Position numbers and translations under genes: made by a program. Positions 62,438-64,000 of a stretch of 64,000 nt of DNA are shown one piece after another; the stretch's first letter is position 1; each line of letters starts with the position of its first letter. The stretch is taken from assembly GCA_964291655.2 (NCBI GenBank), contig OZ219802.1:1984001-2048000 (forward strand). The letters are read 5' to 3'. The notes under the pieces were generated by a model. The model made no database searches and was not told the DNA's origin. It saw nothing but the letters and a program-made list of their open reading frames with translations. Origin of the DNA: Chloroflexota bacterium (GTDB lineage: Bacteria; Chloroflexota; UBA11872; VXOZ01).

Positions 62438-64000
62438 TTAATCTACAATCGTCACCCTTACCTGCGGCGTCGTAACCTGGTTAGGATTCAGAAAGTGGTC
62501 CACGGCTTTGTTGTACGCCACGACAAAGATCGTATGGACTCCTGTGGCTTGCGGGAGCCATTCTACCTCGAATGGTGGTGTCCTGCGCTGGGCGATCAGT
62601 TTCCCATCAACATAGAAGTCCACTCTATCAAGCGTCTCAGCGGCGGCGTGCGCTCTGATTTGAATGTTCCCTAGCGAAAACACGTCGCCCTCCTGCGGAG
62701 AGAGCAGCTCCAGCTGCGGCACCGTGTTGTCAACCGTGACATGTGCGCGCACTTCCTGTTCCTGACCGCTCGTGTTCCGGGCAGTTACACGGACCGTGTA
62801 GATGCCGCTGGCAGGGAAAGTGTCCCATCCCATCAGCACGCCGTTCGCTACCGGTTGCGTGCGGAGTTCCTCGATCTGCGTCCAGCGCGTTGGTTCCAGC
62901 CCCTCGCCGTAGTCGACCCGGTACCAGTTGAGGTCCGGGATCAGCACGTTGCCTTTGATTTCCAAAATGCTGCGTACGGGACGATCGAACTGCGGCCAGG
63001 ATATCGCCAACGGCGCCACCGGCGCGGGGATGTGCGCCTCGGTTGGCGGCTGGGGGATTTCTTCCTGCCGGGCCCAATCGAGCGCTTCCGGTGGGATGAT
63101 AAAGAACACCAGTTCCTCTATTTGGTCGGCAGGGGTCTGCGGCGAGGCAAGAAGGCCGGTCTCTCGGTGGATTTTGAAAGGTGTGAAAAACTGGTCTTCT
63201 TCGGTGGGTTCTGTGCCGGCGATAAAGTATTCCCAATAGATGCCGCCACAGTCCGGCACATTCTGGTAACCGGAAACTAAGGTGCACAGTGCGGCCAATG
63301 ATTCCTGATCGAGAGTTTCATCGCAATACGGCGTCGCCACCATACCGGTCGCGCGGCAGACCTCTACTTGGACAAGGTCGGCCGGTCGCTCAAACTCTTC
63401 AACCGGTAAGGACTTGAGCACCTCCTCCATGAAGTTTTGCCAAATAGGGGCGGCTCCGGTCAGACCGCTCGTCTCCTTCATGGGGCTACCGTCCGAGTTC
63501 CCTACCCACACGCCAGCGACGAGATTCGGTGTGTAGCCAAACGTCCAGTTATCCTTCGAGTTGTCTGTGGTCCCGGTCTTGGCTGCAGCCGCTCGGGAAA
63601 GCCTTAGAAAACTATTCTCTCCGAACAACGGAGTGCGGGCTTCGTTATCCGAAAGTATGTCGGTGATCAGGAAGGTGATTTGCGGGCTGAGTTTCTGCAC
63701 GCCTTCCGGGGGATCGTATTCGTAGAGCACGTTGCCGGCAGAGTCGGTGATTTTGAGGATGGCTTCCGGCGGACGATACAGGCCGTTTGTGGCGAAAACG
63801 CTATAGACACTGGCCAGGTCGAGGAGTCTCACTTCAGCGCCGCCAAGCACGACCGCGGGTCCGTAGTATGTTTCGTCGTCGAAGGACGTGATGCCCAGTC
63901 GCCGGGCCATCGCGATGCCGTCATTCACTCCCACGAATTGCGCCGCTTTTACTGCCGGAATATTGTAAGAGTTCGCCAAGGCTGCGCGCACTGTCGCTGG
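62438..64000 (-). CDS. Class A penicillin-binding protein (transpeptidase part plus C-terminal Ig-like domains), 5' end outside window
   Basis: ALANSYNIPAV, AAKTGTT, GYTPNL..GVWVGN, GAAPIW. Confidence 0.92.
   Translation of the reverse strand, partial: PATVRAALANSYNIPAVKAAQFVGVNDGIAMARRLGITSFDDETYYGPAVVLGGAEVRLLDLASVYSVFATNGLYRPPEAILKITDSAGNVLYEYDPPEGVQKLSPQITFLITDILSDNEARTPLFGENSFLRLSRAAAAKTGTTDNSKDNWTFGYTPNLVAGVWVGNSDGSPMKETSGLTGAAPIWQNFMEEVLKSLPVEEFERPADLVQVEVCRATGMVATPYCDETLDQESLAALCTLVSGYQNVPDCGGIYWEYFIAGTEPTEEDQFFTPFKIHRETGLLASPQTPADQIEELVFFIIPPEALDWARQEEIPQPPTEAHIPAPVAPLAISWPQFDRPVRSILEIKGNVLIPDLNWYRVDYGEGLEPTRWTQIEELRTQPVANGVLMGWDTFPASGIYTVRVTARNTSGQEQEVRAHVTVDNTVPQLELLSPQEGDVFSLGNIQIRAHAAAETLDRVDFYVDGKLIAQRRTPPFEVEWLPQATGVHTIFVVAYNKAVDHFLNPNQVTTPQVRVTIVD

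Overview
GC-rich bacterial chromosomal window. The gene style (PBP1A with Ig-like tail, several PhyH dioxygenases, creatininase, TolB-like lipoprotein) suggests a Chloroflexota genome, possibly a host-associated lineage; this is inference. It carries housekeeping genes (guaA, tmk, pgm/pmm, mfd, pth, rsmA, hisA/H/F, fumC, short purH), tRNA-Gln/Asp/Tyr, ABC transporters, several toxin-antitoxin modules or relics, two near-identical IS1182 copies and one IS481. The most striking feature is a nested hierarchy of repeats and mobile elements. At least seven families of short REP-like palindromes fill most intergenic gaps. IS1182, IS481, a 288-bp IS481-derived MITE and a ~230-bp GAGACC-ended MITE all insert into the same CCCTCTCC-loop-GGAGAGGG hairpin; for IS1182 and the GAGACC MITE the target duplication equals the whole loop. 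A separate TGTAAGTG-ended MITE inserts into GTCATTCC palindromes and carries its own target motif. Palindrome-derived sequence also lies in frame within two proteins (GuaA N-terminus, ABC exporter linker). Candidate small RNAs/leaders and several unexplained Zn-finger or nuclease-like proteins are also reported. All alignments were done by eye; no searches were run.
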